Under the pieces are notes generated by a model. The model saw only the letters and a list, made by a program, of their open reading frames with translations, made no database searches and was not told the origin of the DNA. A program made the translations under genes and the position numbers. A stretch of DNA of 64,000 nucleotides, taken from positions 28,277,414 through 28,341,413 of the forward strand of contig NC_068998.1 of the NCBI RefSeq assembly GCF_001194135.2, read 5' to 3'. Numbering within the stretch: the stretch's first letter is position 1; the number at the start of each line of letters is the position of its first letter. The stretch comes from Octopus bimaculoides (taxonomy: Eukaryota). Below are positions 60,701-64,000 of the stretch, one piece after another.

Positions 60701-62509
60701 TCTAATTTCGAAGTAACTTTCACCATTGGAATTTATGTGGGTATTGTTTCCAGAATTCACTTTTCCTGCAAATGAAAGCGATGTTAACGAATTCGTGTAC
60801 TGCGTATACATGACAAGCAGTGGATGTTGTTATGAAATAATTGAAGAAAATCTTGAATTTATAAGCGTTCTTGTAGATACCTTCATCATTGTGGAACTAT
60901 TTCATTCCATGTATCGAGTCAAATATGTATTTCATTCATGCTTTAATTCGACACCAGTGTTTCAGTGGCGGGGAAATATATTTTCACAAAAGGCTTCTCT
61001 CCATTATTTTGAAGTGCGTGGCGAAAAAGCAATTTAAAAAATTCTCGTCAAAACGGAGGATATCCAACTTATGTGGATGAGCTATTTTCTTTTTAATTTA
61101 AAAGTTATTCATCCCTTTTGTGTTCGTTCGTGGAAATTCGTTTTGTTTCTGTTTTACTTCGCTTGTGACACGTGCTCTTTGTGTGTATCGTACAAACATT
61201 ATTTACATTGTTGTACAAACATTAGGGAGGATATGTAATCTTATGAATATTAAAATGTATGATTGTATAGATATATGAATGTATACATAATTAATTTACG
61301 CGCTTGCTACGCTATTCCATTTGTATTTAATGGTTTCTTGATTTCGTTTTATCGCACGTCACACTGAGAAACTATGCTTTATATCTTAATCTTGCGTTTT
61401 TTGTTGTTGCGTGTATTGATTTTCGTTCAAAGATCTTTTCCCTCAATTTTCTTGCGGAATTTTTTTCCATTTCGGCGATCTCGTTGGATTAAATTTGTTT
61501 TTTGCAGAGATCTTGATTGTGTACGTCAATAGCCCGCATAGCCCAGAGCTTCCTATTAATATCACTATCGTTACTATTGTTCTTACATCTCTCTTCGAGA
61601 TATGTCAGTTTCTAAGCTTTACTAAGTGAACATTTCATTGGCGTGCATGTAAAAAACCCCAGTTTTTAATTACCTGAAGATGATCTGCTACTGACACCCG
61701 GGGCAGACAAAAATGGGTTTGTTTTGAGAGATCTTATTTGCTTGCATCTTTTGACCATATTTCACATTCAAAATGCCAACTAAACGCAACCATAGTACAA
61801 GAGAAAGTATTACAACAGCAAACGTAGTGACAGAGACTGCACAAAAACAAATTACATTACAGAATGAACAAGAAGAAGAAAATAAAGAACATTTTAATGA
61901 ACAATTAATAAGAAAAAAGAAATATTTGTAACAGTTTAACAAATAATTTTGAAGTTAGCAATAATGACACCCGCACAGAGGCAAGTATTTTAAATTGTTC
62001 CGATAGTAGTTGTGCTAAACTACAATAAGAGAGAAGTTTTAGATTTAGTATAATTCCCGGAAAATAGTTGGAATTCTGGAAGCTACTTGTAAAACCACAC
62101 GCTGCCCCTTGACAGCCGAATCTAATCTTAGAGAAAGCAAAGAAAAAATTATAAATCTGTTTTAAAACATATGGTGGCAGTATCGAATTACCACCAGAGC
62201 AGCAGGTACAACAGATACTCCATCAATTTCGAAAGAAATTCAATCGAAAGGGGAGAAATTTATGGTGCCATCTCTGTCAAAGAGAAGGACTCAGTCAAAA
62301 CACAAGCTGAAGTTGTTAGATATATTTCCATAGGTATACATTCACCGAGCATTGTGCTCCTTAATATGGAGCTAAGAGATACAAGGATGACTATAAGAGA
62401 CACTAGAAATGAAGTGGATCAGTGACTGGTTGTCTCTTTTGTTAAAGCAAAGTTGGGATGACATGTATCATAGGGCATCAAAATAGTTTGCAAGTCGTAA
62501 TGATCCCCG

Positions 62510-62950
62510 ACAGCTACGAAGAAACTCCGACAACAACAGCCAACATTGGTCAATAGAAAATGACCAATTCTCCATGACAATGCTCGGCCGAACGTCACAC
62601 AACTGACCCTACAGAAGTTGAACAAATTCGGCTACGAAACTCGGCCTCATCCGCCATACCCACCAGACCTCTCGCCTACCGACTACCACTTTTTCAAGCA
62701 TCTCGACAACTTCCTGTGTGAGAAATGCTTCAAACACCAAGACGATGCCAAACACGCTTTCAACGACTTCATCGCCACCAGAACGCAGGATGTTTACGTG
62801 AGTGGTATAAATAAACTTGTTTTGCGCTGGCAGGCAAAAGTGTGTTGATTCTGATGGTGTTTATTTCGATTAATAAAGTTTTGTTTGAGCCGAGATATGT
62901 GCATCTGAATTTAAAGGTTAAAAACCGCAAGAACTTTCTTGACAACTTAA
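62510..62950 (+). mobile_element. mariner element, 3' part with right TIR
   Basis: ILHDNARP, HPPYPPDLSPTDYHFFKHLDNFL; TIR aaaaccgcaagaactttcttgacaacttaa followed by TA. Confidence 0.9.
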
Positions 62951-63019
62951 TAAATAACTTTATGTGTATATCTTTAAATGTATATATGCTTGTACATATG
63001 CGTGCATAAGTGTGTATAC

Positions 63020-64000
63020 ATACATACGTACATACATACATAATGGCCGTCCACTCGTGACCGAGGAAGACCATTGCCGACCTTCAGGAACATTGTGCGC
63101 TCTAGGACTAACTTATATTTTGCATTTTCGGCTCCGTTGGTGGCTAATGAGCCCTGCTCTTGACAAGCATACACGACTGCAAACATTGCAGATTAAGCTT
63201 TCCCCATTCACTATACGAGCCGTGCACTTTCGCGCAGCTCGCTTAAGTTCTTCATGCTGGATACGTGCTCTCTCAAAAGTGTTGATCTCCTCCTTAACCT
63301 GCTTCCTCCATCTATGGCGATGACAGGCATTTCTCTCCCAGTCAGTGTCCTGCATATCACAGGCCTTTAATGAGGACTTGACACAGTCCTTAAATCGCAG
63401 CCTTGGTTTCTGTCGGAGTCCCCTTCCATTCACAAGTTCTCCATATAGCATCTGCTTAGGAATCCTGCTATCCTTCATTCTAATAAGGTGTCCAGTCCAA
63501 CGTAACCGGTGCTTGTGCACCATTGCCTCAATACTCAAGATATCAGCTGTCCTCAGGACCTGTGTGTCTGGAATTTTTGAGGTCCAGCCAACATTGAAAA
63601 TGTGTCATAGACATCTCTGATGAAATCGTTCAAGGACCCTTACCTGACGTTTGTACAGAGTCCATGTCTCACATTAGTAGAGGAGCGATGTTAGTACACA
63701 TGCACGGTACACAGCAACTTTTGTTCGCTTTGCGATGCCATGCTGGGACCAGACACGAGACTGAAGAGACCGGAGGAATTAGTTGCTCTCTGCAACCTGA
63801 AAGATATTTCCTCATCCAGGGAGCAAGAACGGCTGAGTGTGCTGCCCAGGTAGACAAACTTGTCTACTACCTTCAGAATTGTTCCTTCAACCAAGATAGC
63901 TGGTTTCACATATGGATTTCCTGGTGCAGGTTGGAACATTACAACAGTCTTGTCCAGGCTAATGCCAAGTCCAAATGCCTTGCAAGAAGCAGAAATGCAA
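63020..64000 (-). mobile_element. RTE (BovB-like) LINE 3' part, runs off the window
   Basis: FVYLGSTLS...LDEEI, RLRWTGHLIRM...IPKQMLYGEL, terminal C2H2 finger CNVC...H; (TATG)n tail. Confidence 0.92.

Overview
AT-rich metazoan DNA, riddled with microsatellites and assembly N-gaps. The SINE and LINE repertoire resembles what I recall from octopus/cephalopod genomes; this is inference and cannot be verified here. Almost everything recognisable is decayed mobile DNA: Penelope-like elements (PLEs, one near-complete with tandem pseudo-LTRs), R4/Dong LINEs with a restriction-like endonuclease (RLE), RTE LINEs, Gypsy fragments, mariner, Merlin, a Helitron, a Chapaev3 DNA transposon nested in a solo LTR, a palindromic MITE and many tRNA-headed SINEs. 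No host protein-coding gene can be named; the only candidate is a + strand terminal exon at about 2.26 kb. Most ORFs in the supplied track are artefacts of microsatellites, N-runs or antisense TE sequence. The most interesting signals: (1) type I hammerhead ribozyme motifs, in the PLE pseudo-LTRs and in a separate 354-bp tandem unit resembling a non-autonomous retrozyme; (2) a 143-codon in-frame insert splitting the GIY and YIG motifs of the PLE endonuclease; (3) an R4/Dong family whose six copies all end at (CATA)n-type repeats and twice form head-to-tail pairs joined by that repeat; (4) a telomere-repeat palindrome at the centre of a MITE; (5) an apparent shift from CpG-poor to CpG-rich sequence near 33.6-33.9 kb. 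Apart from TSD-defined elements, boundaries are approximate.
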